From: Trypanosoma brucei
Taxonomy: Eukaryota
Length of the DNA: 64,000 nt
Direction: 5' to 3'
Assembly (NCBI GenBank): GCA_000002445.1
Contig: CP000066.1
Coordinates: 1,376,001 to 1,440,000 of the forward strand
The notes below the pieces were generated by a model. That model did no database searches, was not told the origin of the DNA, and was given only the letters and a program-made list of their open reading frames with translations. A program made the translations under genes and the position numbers. Positions 39,701 to 49,965 of this stretch are shown piece after piece. The first letter of the stretch is position 1. Every line of letters starts with the position of its first letter.

Positions 39701-41473
39701 TTGTTGCGGATATACATAAAAATAACTAAGGTAGCATTTATTTTCCACGGCAAGGTTTCTGTTACATTAGGTAAAGCAATGACACAACCTGCCCACCTTC
39801 CACCTCGCCCGAGTCACACGTTTAGCATGCGTACAGTTGAGAAGTTACACCAGCGTTTTCTTGGGAGAAGCGGTACAACTGCACCAGCGCAAAATATGTC
39901 GAACATTGTTGAGGCCATGCGCCAAAACCTTTTGCGCATTGAAGGTGTTCTTAGTTATCGCTTGGATCACCCCAGCACGGCACTGACCGACACGAGCGAG
40001 CACCACCCTCCAATGTCGGCATTTGAGCGCATTCGCGTTGGTCATATTCTAGCAGATATTGTGCTCGACCTTTTCACTATCTCAACTTCCAGCAGCAACG
40101 CGACGTATGACGCCTTGGTTGGGAATAAAGGTGCTTTCGCCGGCTCGATGAGTCAAAGCTGCGGGGTTGCTTCACTTCCCTGCGGTGGCCTGCCCCTGAT
40201 GCAACGGACACGGCCAGGAGTTTGGACGCCGGAGGGTTTGGATGGGGTTGAGGGACGTTTGACGCCTCCTGAGGGTGTGAACGCAAGTCTGATTCCCCTA
40301 CATACGAAGGCAGAAGTGGGTCATCAGTCGTCTTATCAACCCTTTGTGGATGGGTTGAAGAAAGGGGGAGGAGATGAGGTGCTCACAACGCTTTTGCAGA
40401 CCCAACAAAACCATCAGCAGAAACGTGGGCTACAGGATGGTGTGGAGAGCGATGGCTGTAGTACTGTCTTTTCTCATTCTGGTCAGAGGTCGACCATGAA
40501 CACCCCACAGCACCATCAACGCGCCATAAAGGACACGTCTGCTGGTCATGAGGGTCCACCGGCTGGTTATCACCGGCACAGCGCACACGTGCCCGTCTCC
40601 GGGACAGAGAACCAAATGAACCTTAATCCTTCAAGAAGGATGCGACCGCATGAGTCTCCTCTATGTGTGGCAGGGTGCCAAGGAGCTTTAACTCACAATG
40701 AATCACCGATATCACCTACTTCAATGCGCTTCAAGTCAGTACAGTCACTCCATTCCGGTGGGGACAGCACGACGGGGCAATCACAGCACGCTGCCAATCC
40801 TAAGAAATACTATGAAATTGATTTCCAGAGATTAAATGACTTCCAGCGCTGCCTCCGTGTTATTCAGCGACTATCATTAACTGATGACGCATTTGAGAAA
40901 TTCGGCTTACGGTACGCTATCCCTGGGATACGGGAACTGCACCCCGACGAGGTTCACTCAGCGAAGATTCGTATGGACCGGCATAATGATTGCTTGATTG
41001 ATTCGTTTAATCCTTCGGAGTCCCAAGAATCTGCTCAGAAAAGTGATACGCCACAGGAACAATTTCTAGCTCACAAGAGATTGCAAGCGCACGTATCCCC
41101 TTGTCTTTCCAAAGATGGTAATAACGTGATTCTACACACTGTGGCTGATGTTCCGGTTACAGAACACGATACGCCCTTTGACATTCAACAATCCCCTTCC
41201 AAGTCACCACTTGCAACACAGAGATCGGAAAAACAGCTGTGCAACAACCCTACTAGAGAACCCCCAACGCCCTCAGCCCCATGTGACAAACAATGTCTGC
41301 CATTATTTCATGGGGGGAGAGATATCATTGTACAAAAAAAGGATATGAATATTTTCATCGCAATGGTGGATGCAACATTGAGGCAGGTAGATCAAGATAT
41401 TGTTGGACGACTTCATATTGCTAGTGCGGACTTTGGATCGAGCAGTGGTGAAGATGAAGTGGCGTACATGTGA
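39701..41473 (+). CDS. Hypothetical protein (about 565-590 aa); probable start MTQPAHL at 39779
   Basis: Long + strand ORF, Ser/Pro/Gln-rich, no recognised domain. Confidence 0.45.
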   Translation: MLRIYIKITKVAFIFHGKVSVTLGKAMTQPAHLPPRPSHTFSMRTVEKLHQRFLGRSGTTAPAQNMSNIVEAMRQNLLRIEGVLSYRLDHPSTALTDTSEHHPPMSAFERIRVGHILADIVLDLFTISTSSSNATYDALVGNKGAFAGSMSQSCGVASLPCGGLPLMQRTRPGVWTPEGLDGVEGRLTPPEGVNASLIPLHTKAEVGHQSSYQPFVDGLKKGGGDEVLTTLLQTQQNHQQKRGLQDGVESDGCSTVFSHSGQRSTMNTPQHHQRAIKDTSAGHEGPPAGYHRHSAHVPVSGTENQMNLNPSRRMRPHESPLCVAGCQGALTHNESPISPTSMRFKSVQSLHSGGDSTTGQSQHAANPKKYYEIDFQRLNDFQRCLRVIQRLSLTDDAFEKFGLRYAIPGIRELHPDEVHSAKIRMDRHNDCLIDSFNPSESQESAQKSDTPQEQFLAHKRLQAHVSPCLSKDGNNVILHTVADVPVTEHDTPFDIQQSPSKSPLATQRSEKQLCNNPTREPPTPSAPCDKQCLPLFHGGRDIIVQKKDMNIFIAMVDATLRQVDQDIVGRLHIASADFGSSSGEDEVAYM

Positions 41474-41585
41474 TGGGGGTACCACTTGAGTTCCAACATG
41501 ACGGCCGGTGCATGTAACCGCATTGTCACCGACTACAATTCGTGGTGTATGGAGGCTTCATTCACCGTAGTGAGTTTTGTTATTT

Positions 41586-41715
41586 GTCTGACTTTTTAAC
41601 TCTCCTGTTTGTTTTGTTTGTTTGTTTGTTCACATCCAGTACGTGTTTACAATTTCCCTCCTATTTTTCGCTGAACAACTACTGTAGGTCTTTCCTCTCG
41701 CTTTACAAGGCATTC
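41586..41715 (+). promoter_or_regulatory. Pyrimidine-rich tract with (GTTT)n upstream of RPL4; candidate splice-acceptor region
   Basis: tgtctgactttttaactctcctgtttgttttgtttgtttgtttgttcacatccag...tttccctcctatttttcgctg immediately upstream of the ATG at 41717. Confidence 0.45.
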
Positions 41716-41716
41716 G

Positions 41717-42841
41717 ATGACTGCGCGCCCATCTGTGAGTGTGTACTCTGCGTCGGAGGATAAAGTGGTTGGCACCTGTTCGCTACCCGCTGTGTTCACT
41801 GCGCCCATCCGTCATGATGTTGTGCAGTTTGTGCACACGAACATGGCAAAGAACTCCCGCCAACCTTATGCGGTGAACCGTCTTTCCGGCATGAAGCACT
41901 CCGCGGAGTCTTGGGGTACTGGCCGCGCTGTCGCCCGTATTCCCCGTATTCACGGTGGTGGTACGAGTATGTCGGGTGCTGGTGCATTCGGTAACATGTG
42001 CCGGGGTGGTCGTATGTTCGCACCCACAAAGATCTTCCGCCGCTGGCACCGTAAGATTAATCTGCACCAGAAACGTTTCGCTGTGGTGTCCGCCCTCGCC
42101 GCCTCGTCACTGCCAGCACTTGTAATGTCACGAGGACACAAGATCGAGAATGTCGCTGAGGTGCCGCTCGTGGTGGAAGATGGTGTACGAGCCTATGAAA
42201 AGACTAAAGAGGCAATGACATTCCTTAAGACTGTTGGTGCCATCGACGACGTGAACCGTGTGAATGACTCCCGTCAGATACGTGCTGGCCGTGGTAAGAT
42301 GCGTAACCGTCGCTACGTTGCGCGACGGGGCCCGATGCTGGTGATGCCAGACAACAAGGGCACACGTGCCTTCCGCAACATCTTTGGGCTCGACCTTGCG
42401 AATGTAAACTCACTGAACCTTCTGCACCTTGCACCTGGTGGTCACGTCGGGCGCTTCATCATCTGGACGAAGAGTGCATTCGAGAAGCTGGACAAAATCT
42501 TCGGTACCTTCACAGAACCCTCCACCGTTAAGTCGGGCTTCATGTTGCCCGCACCGATGTTGACGAGTACTGATGTGACGCGCATCATGCAGTCCGAAGA
42601 GGTGCGTCGCGTTCTGAAACCCAAGAAACTGCAACCCAAGAGGCCAAGCCGCTATAGGCAGCCGACGAACGGTATTCGCAACCGTCGCCTGCGCCTGCGT
42701 TTGAACCCGTTCCAGAAGAAGGAGAAGGCAATGGCTAAGGGCATGCAGAACAAGAAGAACCGTGAGGCTCGCCACGCCGCCAAGGTCGTTCGGTTGGCGA
42801 AAGCGAGGAAAAATGTCGCGAAAGCACTCAAGAAGAAGTAA
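41717..42841 (+). CDS. RPL4: 60S ribosomal protein L4 (uL4)
   Basis: Highly conserved uL4 sequence throughout: PIRHDVVQFVHTNMAKNSRQPYAV, ESWGTGRAVARIPRIHGGGTSMSGAGAFGNMCRGGRMFAPTK, and a Lys-rich C-terminal tail. Confidence 0.95.
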   Translation: MTARPSVSVYSASEDKVVGTCSLPAVFTAPIRHDVVQFVHTNMAKNSRQPYAVNRLSGMKHSAESWGTGRAVARIPRIHGGGTSMSGAGAFGNMCRGGRMFAPTKIFRRWHRKINLHQKRFAVVSALAASSLPALVMSRGHKIENVAEVPLVVEDGVRAYEKTKEAMTFLKTVGAIDDVNRVNDSRQIRAGRGKMRNRRYVARRGPMLVMPDNKGTRAFRNIFGLDLANVNSLNLLHLAPGGHVGRFIIWTKSAFEKLDKIFGTFTEPSTVKSGFMLPAPMLTSTDVTRIMQSEEVRRVLKPKKLQPKRPSRYRQPTNGIRNRRLRLRLNPFQKKEKAMAKGMQNKKNREARHAAKVVRLAKARKNVAKALKKK

Positions 42842-43144
42842 GCGTTAAGAGAGGAGAAAACCAATAATGCCCATTATGTGGTGAAGGAATAATTTTATTT
42901 TACTTTATTTTTCTTTTCATAAATCATTGTGAACCCTGGGTAGTGACTACCCTGGGCTCACCATTGCATCCCGTTTTTTTTGTACGTATATTCGTTGCTC
43001 TTTTTCTCTCTGTCTTCATCTATTCTGTTATGATGTTACTATTCTTTTCCTTTGACTTTATTTCTTTTGTATTTTGTTTCCCGGTTCCTGTATTTTTTTT
43101 TCTAGGTTTGTTGGAAAGGTAATATCTGGTATTTGCAATAAAAA

Positions 43145-44188
43145 ATGAGCGACTTCCCCAAACTGATGCGCTTGAGAGTGGATGATGAGAACATGGAGAA
43201 GATTCATTCCGTAGCGCGTAAAGGCCAAACAGATGAAGTGAAACGGTTTGTAGAACAAGGCATTGATCCTTCCATCCAAAATAAGTTTGGTTGCACTGCC
43301 TTACATCTTGCGTGTAAGTTTGGTCAAGTTGAGACTGCGAAGTATTTATCAACCTTATGTGATTCTCATATATCATGGCACGGCCAGAAGCCACTTCACC
43401 TCGCGGTGCTTTCCAAAAAGGAGGATCTTGTGGAAGCCCTCGTTGCAGGGGCACGGGATCGCGGTCGTAATGTGGAGGCCATGTTAAACGAACATGATGA
43501 ATTTCAGGTAACGGAAATCGGGGAACATGATATCCACTCGGATGGGCAAACGGCGTTACACTGGTGTGTGGCCCTCGGAAGTGAGTATTTGCCCATGTTA
43601 AAGTTATTACTGAAGCTGGGTGCCTCACCGACCGCCAAAAGCAAGGAAAGTATGACGAGCCTAATGTATGCGATCATCACTAAGAATGAGGAGGCAATGG
43701 AATGTATGTTAGATGGGGCTAAAAGTGGACAACTCCGACTGGATTACCAAGACAAAGATGGGAGGACGCATTTGCATCACGCCATCTTGAGCAACCGTGA
43801 GGACTATGCCATGCGCTTTATTGAGTTGGGCCACGGTTTAGATCAGGAAGATGATAACCACGAGCCACCGCTGTTTCATGCACTCCGCGCTGCGATGCCT
43901 AAACTGCTGGCGTATCTGTTGGAGAACGTGGACACGTTTTCCGTTCAGCAAGCTCCCTTTCATAACGGCTCCACTGTCATGCCCGAGCGCATTCAATGGT
44001 TGCCTTTTGCAACTAATGAGCAGGAGCAGAATGAGTGCATAGCGTTGTTTCAAAAGCGTCTATCTGAAGTCTGCGCACCACAAGAAGCTGTTGTGAAGAA
44101 AAAGAAGGCCAATATCAAGAAGATGCACTTGGCGCCGTCTGCGCCTGTGCGCAAGCGCAGTGTCGGACGCCCTAAAGCCTCCAAATAG
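43145..44188 (+). CDS. Ankyrin-repeat protein (347 aa)
   Basis: Repeated ank units (GCTALHLACKFGQVETAKYL, GQKPLHLAVLSKKEDLVEALV, GQTALHWCVALGSEYLPMLKLLLKLGASP, GRTHLHHAILSNREDYAMRFIELG). Basic C-terminus. Confidence 0.8.
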   Translation: MSDFPKLMRLRVDDENMEKIHSVARKGQTDEVKRFVEQGIDPSIQNKFGCTALHLACKFGQVETAKYLSTLCDSHISWHGQKPLHLAVLSKKEDLVEALVAGARDRGRNVEAMLNEHDEFQVTEIGEHDIHSDGQTALHWCVALGSEYLPMLKLLLKLGASPTAKSKESMTSLMYAIITKNEEAMECMLDGAKSGQLRLDYQDKDGRTHLHHAILSNREDYAMRFIELGHGLDQEDDNHEPPLFHALRAAMPKLLAYLLENVDTFSVQQAPFHNGSTVMPERIQWLPFATNEQEQNECIALFQKRLSEVCAPQEAVVKKKKANIKKMHLAPSAPVRKRSVGRPKASK

Positions 44189-45045
44189 TAATATGACCTT
44201 ACGGTGAACTCCGCGAGGGGAGAGAGAATGTATCAAATTTGGTTGTCTATAAGCACCACACTGCTAGCAACTGAACTGGGGGAAAAAGTGGTGCGGACTA
44301 AGGGCATATAACGTTAGATTAATGTTCTGGCGGCTACGCGAAATCTGTTTTGCTAGAGGGCTTCGTGGATACAGGATTGTATTAGGTGTAGTCGATACCA
44401 CTCTATAATATTATTATATCCTTTTTTTCTTCTCGTACCCCATCTCTTTCCACTTCGTTGCCAGCGCTTCTCATTGGTTACGTTACTCCCAGGTCCAAAA
44501 GTTCACTGTTTTTCCTTTTCAGTGACGCTCCGTGGAGGAGGGTGAAAGGGGAATATGGCCTTATTATGTGGGACGTGTGGGGAGACGTGGGGTGTGGTAG
44601 ACAAAAGAAATACGTGCCAGAGAGGTGGATTTGGCTCCTCCGGATTTCTGTTTTTCCCTCTTTTGTTTCTCTAACAGCTTGTTGGTGGACTCGCAGGTGG
44701 ACGGGCCTATCTGAGACCGTAGCATCAGATTTTTTTTTTGTATATAGTGCTCCCTTATTATCAGCCCAATTCCGGTTCAGATCCTGTTGCCCGGTTGTGG
44801 TGCTGTTGGGATCGTTTTCGTTTGAATGACGTCAAATCCCTTTGACGGTCGAACCGATAAATTATTTTTCCATTTTTTTTTTTGCGTTTCTTTATAGCTG
44901 ACCCGCTCTTAGGGAATTAGAGCCGCTTTTTTGAGGCCAGCGATATCTCTTTCACTTAGCGGCTGCAGGGACGGGGTATTTATTGCTATCTCACTTATAA
45001 TCTTCCTGCACTGTTACAAACCGTGTATTTGGGTCTACATATCCA

Positions 45046-45056
45046 AACACACACAT

Positions 45057-45089
<33 letters not shown>
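45046..45089. repeat. Compound (CA)n-(TA)n microsatellite
   Basis: acacacatacacacacacacatatatatatatatatatata. Confidence 0.9.
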
Positions 45090-45223
45090 CGTTTACATTT
45101 AAAGATTGTTTGGTCGTTTGCACGCGGAGCTCTTCTTCGTTCGGTGGCTGTTCTTCGGCGAAGTGAGGGTGAAAGGGAGCAAAAGGTCGTAACGTTTTAA
45201 ATAGAAGGTTTAAAGTTAGCTGT

Positions 45224-47176
45224 GTGCTGAGGTTATACATGTCCTCTCTCCCTTACCGCGCAGAAGGTGGCAGGGAGGGTTCAACCAACTCGGCGCTTCA
45301 GCGGGCTACCGACGCGTGTGGTGACGGAGATGTGGAAGGTAGGGGGTCTATGACTTCAGTTCTCAGGGCCCCAACCGTCCGTTTGGAGATGTCATACGGA
45401 GAATTCATCCGAGCCTGTACGAGGGGATATTGCTTCGACTGTTCGTGGAATATTGCTCCTCCCACTGTTCCCAATGCACCGATTTTGTACAATCTACTGC
45501 CGATGGTCGAGTTCTTGAAAAGCACAGAACCCCTCGGCGTAATGGGGGCCGAGTTGGATGCCATGGCCATTGGTGTTTTGAATAGTATTCCATTGTCTTA
45601 CCATCTGCTGCGCCCGCAGGTTGTGGAGGAGGCTCGTCAGTTGTCAATGGAGAGCGAGCGACGTGTGGAGAATGCGAAACAAAGGGCCATCGCTGAGGGT
45701 TTGTCCGACCAAACGACATGGAGCCCTGGAAGTGTGAACGAAAACCTTGATCCAAAGGATGCAGAATTGTTGGACACGGATATTGACGTCAGTATGATGC
45801 TAGAGCGTGACAAGCCCTCACTTACACATCTGCAACGCCCTCTGTATACAGATATGGGCCTGGTGTCACCAGAGCAGCGGCACTTGGAGCGCATCTCCCG
45901 CATTGTGCCTGATGAATTACGGAGCATAGTTTCGTTACCTCTGTCTCTGATGTCACAGACGCAGCCGGGCGGGCCTCCCCAACATGGGGGATATTTGTTG
46001 TCGTCTGCCTCACTCGCGGGTGCAGCTCGGGGCTCGGGGGAAACGTCGGAGAATACGGCTGTGCAATGGAAAGATGGTGTTATCGCGTCATTCAAGGCCG
46101 CTCGTTCGCTAGACGTTTCTCATGAGAAGATGCTTAAGGCCATCGCGCGGACAAAGCTCGGACTTGGTGGTGAGAACTGCCGAACACTCGCATTTGTCCA
46201 GCGACTGTGGAAGCTGCTTTTCGAGGGTACAAATGAAAGACAGCAATGTGGGATGTGGAGTTGTTTGTGTCACTTCTCCGCTAACTACGGTTCTCATGAC
46301 GAATCTGAGGAGGTGCTGGAGCATGCGGTAGAAGCTCTTGAGTTACCAGACCGTGGATTGTGGTGTAGTGTGACTCGGGAGTATGTCAAGTTACTGAGGG
46401 AGTACACGGCGTCTTTGCCTGGTGGCGTGGAAGAACGAAGGGCTGCTTTGCAAATTAGTGAGAGCGAGCTGAACCCCCCAAAAGGGGGAGCTTTTGGAGC
46501 AGACATATCGGTTGATAACCGGCTGCGGAGGGAACGGGGTGAACTTGGGCCGAACCGGCAACCGGTGCCCATCTACCCTGTAGAAGTGGTGCCATTATAC
46601 CCTGCAGGGTTCCAAGAGTACGCTGAAGTGTACGGCACCTCAGGCAATGAAGCTGCCAATGAAGTGAAGTTGGGTGAAGTTGAAACAGCGCTTCATCACG
46701 TTGTACTTCCAGGCGCTGTCGTCGGCCCGGAGTCCAGAAGCGGAGGGCCACATGTATTGGTGGCCAACACCAACCTTCTGGTGGCTGATAAGCAAAGCGA
46801 TTTGCAGGCTGCTGATGGGGTTACTCTTACCTACCACGCATCACGGGAGAACACGTTTGAACGACTGGTGCTGGATGCTAACAACACAAGTAGCTACTTA
46901 TTCCAATTGTGTTCGGTACCTGAGACTAGTGGCGACGTGCCCACGGGCCTTGCCAGTGCAGCTGGGCATTATGCTGTTTACCGTCGTCTTGCACTTCGGG
47001 ATTTGTACGTAAAAGCGCCCGATGCTAAAGATCCCCCATTGGAACGTTATGTAGTGGTCTTTGGAGAAAAAGAAAATCCACGCACAGAATCACGGAAACG
47101 GAGCCGTGAAGATTTAGGAGCAGGTGAAGGCTCGGCGTTTTACGGGACGGAGGGGGGGGGGAAATATGTTGAGTGA
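45224..47176 (+). CDS. Hypothetical protein (650 aa)
   Basis: Long + strand ORF with no recognised motif. A G10 homopolymer (47152-47161) encodes GGG 5 codons before the stop. Confidence 0.5.
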   Translation: MLRLYMSSLPYRAEGGREGSTNSALQRATDACGDGDVEGRGSMTSVLRAPTVRLEMSYGEFIRACTRGYCFDCSWNIAPPTVPNAPILYNLLPMVEFLKSTEPLGVMGAELDAMAIGVLNSIPLSYHLLRPQVVEEARQLSMESERRVENAKQRAIAEGLSDQTTWSPGSVNENLDPKDAELLDTDIDVSMMLERDKPSLTHLQRPLYTDMGLVSPEQRHLERISRIVPDELRSIVSLPLSLMSQTQPGGPPQHGGYLLSSASLAGAARGSGETSENTAVQWKDGVIASFKAARSLDVSHEKMLKAIARTKLGLGGENCRTLAFVQRLWKLLFEGTNERQQCGMWSCLCHFSANYGSHDESEEVLEHAVEALELPDRGLWCSVTREYVKLLREYTASLPGGVEERRAALQISESELNPPKGGAFGADISVDNRLRRERGELGPNRQPVPIYPVEVVPLYPAGFQEYAEVYGTSGNEAANEVKLGEVETALHHVVLPGAVVGPESRSGGPHVLVANTNLLVADKQSDLQAADGVTLTYHASRENTFERLVLDANNTSSYLFQLCSVPETSGDVPTGLASAAGHYAVYRRLALRDLYVKAPDAKDPPLERYVVVFGEKENPRTESRKRSREDLGAGEGSAFYGTEGGGKYVE

Positions 47177-48348
47177 CAGTCGAGGTGGGGTGGGGGCGTC
47201 TAATGACTAAGACTCAAATGGAGAAAGTGGCGGGAAATTGGGAGTGGGAGGGAGAGATGAGGAATCGTTTGAGGTGTTTACCAGCGCTCCGAAGTCAGGA
47301 TATACGCTTGGTATTTTTTGCGCTTTTATTTTTGTAACGATGTTGTGTCTGAGGGGTTGCGATATGGAGCACTTGGAAGCGAGTGACCAAATAGCGAAGA
47401 GTGGCCAACAGAAGGGAATGTGGGCTCAGTTTGATTAGGTATTTGGGTGAAGGATGGGTTTAATCGTAAAACAAGGATGAGTAAATTCAAAGTGTTAAAC
47501 AACAGTGTATTGGCTGCGGGGACTATCCGGATGTTGTATCGAGGATTTGATTTGGTGCATAAATAACTGTAGGTGGAAATGTGTTTTTGTTCCGAATCAC
47601 GCATCTCCGCACTTTTTTCCTCCATATTTCGCCGTAATTTTCTTTCTCTTTTTTTTCGCGGTCTCTCATCGGCCTCTTCCTTCTTCTTTCCGTTTTAGTT
47701 TATTATAAAAAAATTTTCCGTACCTAATTGCCTCCCCCGTTGGGGGTCAAGTGTGGAAGTAAGACATATACTTCCGTCTTACTACGCCCTTGCCTTAAGC
47801 ACTGCATTTCTGATTTTTGCGTGCTCCCTCAGTCGTTAAATCTTTTTTTTCGCCTTCTCTCTTCTTTTTATCACAAACATTAAGTTTCATCCTTATAGAG
47901 GCCGGTCGCATTTGTGTAGCCATCGCTCTTCTTTATTTTTTTTTCTTTGGTTGCTGCTGAGGGAAGAAATTGTTCCGTCCGTTACCTTCACAATTAGTAA
48001 GTGAAGACAGTAACGTACATTAGTGTGATAAAAAAGCAACGGGAAGGAGGGGGAAAAAAAAGAAGAAGAGTTGATACAACTACTGCAGGTACTACAAGAG
48101 TTGGAACGAAGGGAGTGAGTGGCATTTACTAAAACATCAGCCCCAAACGAAGGCGAACTTGATAGAAGAAGAACAAAAAAAAAATAACGGAAACGGAGCT
48201 AAGGGAAAAACCGTTGTGAAAAAAAAACGTCTTTTTGATTTGGAATAAGGCCACATTGACTGATTGAAAGTAGTTGGGCCGAATAACAGGCGTAAGGTGG
48301 AAGAGAACATAGAAAAGCTTAGACGACGGAAGGTGACAGGACTGAAGG

Positions 48349-49965
48349 GTGAGAAACAACGATCGAATCATGCCTGTAGTGTCGACTGTCGCCGGCGCAT
48401 CACTGGAGACGGAGTGGAAGAAATGTATGAAACGTGACGAAACCAGTTATAACATTTCTTATTCCCACGACAGCAAGCAGAAGTGGGTTCATACGGATAT
48501 AGTGGCAAATATCCCATCATCAATGTGTGGCGGCGTTAACACGAACAATCATGGACCAACGAAACCTTCTTCTCGGACTTCAGTAGAGGAGAAACACGTG
48601 TCGAAGGAGGAACCCTCTTCTGCTGTACGACGTGCACCGTTTCGGTCACTAAACGGGAGGGCTTACGCTGTTCCCTTAAGCATGCTGAAGGAATTCGACG
48701 CCATCTATCAGCACGTGCAGAAGGCTCAGCATCCACCCAGGCGAGACGACCCCCTCTTTTCACCTTTAAGCTCTCCCGGTGTGCTTTGGCGCCACGACCC
48801 CTACAGCGCAAAGGTACTCAATACAACTTTTTCGTCTTCCGGGAGTCACCTTTCTTCCACTGAAGAGGATGAGGAATGTGGAACATCAAAAAGGGTTGTA
48901 GAAGGCATCGTTACACGGTCGATTGGTGTCGTAAACGCGGCGCAGATGCAGCGGCTACCGATACGCCCACCACCAATTCCCAGTTGGATGCCGCAGAACC
49001 TTCGGACATCGAACTCTGCAGTTTTGACAATGCCAGTTGAGATAACCCCCCGCACTATTCAACCCTCAACACGTCCAGTGCCACCTCCCAGCGGTTGTTG
49101 TTTTGTTGTTCACTCCATAACTCCCACACGGCAGCCTCCTGCGCGTTCTGAATGCCAAAGCGCATTAGGAGTGGCAGAAATGGAGGACTCGCTGAATGCT
49201 TGCGGCGATTTTGTTCCGCAATTATGCCGAAAGCGTCCGTTAAGGCGCCTGAGCGAGGACTGTAAGAGGGACGAGTTCCCCATGTTGCTGCCGTCTTTTC
49301 GCGCTCTGCCTCCGCTCTTTCAAGACCTCACGGTCCACATGAGTCGGCGCCCTCCTCCACTGAGCAAACGGCCAAGGAATGTTTCGGATGAGAACCAATC
49401 GCGACCTGAAGGGGTACGTTATGTATATCTTGTTGATCACCGTTGCAGGCGCAGTGTTTGCGCGGCTGGCGTCCTCTATAAATTAAGCGAGATGGTTGTC
49501 CTTGAGGGTGACATGGGAATTGACATGGGAACTGTGCACGCCGTCCTCCCTGTAGAGGAATTTGACCAGTTGCATGGTGACGAATTGATAAGTCGGGGCT
49601 TTCCTGCGGCTGAGTGGCATGTGATGGCATCTGCTCTCATTTTGCGTTCAGCCACTACAGCGGAGATACATCATTACGACGGGGCGCTTTACAGCTTCTC
49701 AAAGGATCTCCTATCATTCTTGCGTAATCGCCTTGTCCCCGCGAGATTTTCGGATTGCCGCGTGGAGAACATGGAATTCCTTGGTTGTGAATTCCAGGCG
49801 GACTGCAAAAAAGTGTATGTTTACTACAGGGCGAGGCGACGCGTATTGTTCCGCGAGTTAGCACAATACCTTCATTCTTTTTACCGGTGCCGTATTTGGC
49901 TTCATGAGGTGGGCCGCGACAGTCCCAACAGCTCAGGTGCCACAACTCCTGATTTAAGTAATTGA
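48349..49965 (+). CDS. Hypothetical protein (538 aa)
   Basis: Long + strand ORF, Pro/Ser-rich middle, no recognised motif. Confidence 0.45.
   Translation: MRNNDRIMPVVSTVAGASLETEWKKCMKRDETSYNISYSHDSKQKWVHTDIVANIPSSMCGGVNTNNHGPTKPSSRTSVEEKHVSKEEPSSAVRRAPFRSLNGRAYAVPLSMLKEFDAIYQHVQKAQHPPRRDDPLFSPLSSPGVLWRHDPYSAKVLNTTFSSSGSHLSSTEEDEECGTSKRVVEGIVTRSIGVVNAAQMQRLPIRPPPIPSWMPQNLRTSNSAVLTMPVEITPRTIQPSTRPVPPPSGCCFVVHSITPTRQPPARSECQSALGVAEMEDSLNACGDFVPQLCRKRPLRRLSEDCKRDEFPMLLPSFRALPPLFQDLTVHMSRRPPPLSKRPRNVSDENQSRPEGVRYVYLVDHRCRRSVCAAGVLYKLSEMVVLEGDMGIDMGTVHAVLPVEEFDQLHGDELISRGFPAAEWHVMASALILRSATTAEIHHYDGALYSFSKDLLSFLRNRLVPARFSDCRVENMEFLGCEFQADCKKVYVYYRARRRVLFRELAQYLHSFYRCRIWLHEVGRDSPNSSGATTPDLSN

Noticed and set aside
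43020-43628. 202-aa minus-strand ORF overlapping the start of the ankyrin-repeat gene
   Set aside because: Antisense to a motif-supported CDS and to the AT-rich upstream spacer. No domain.
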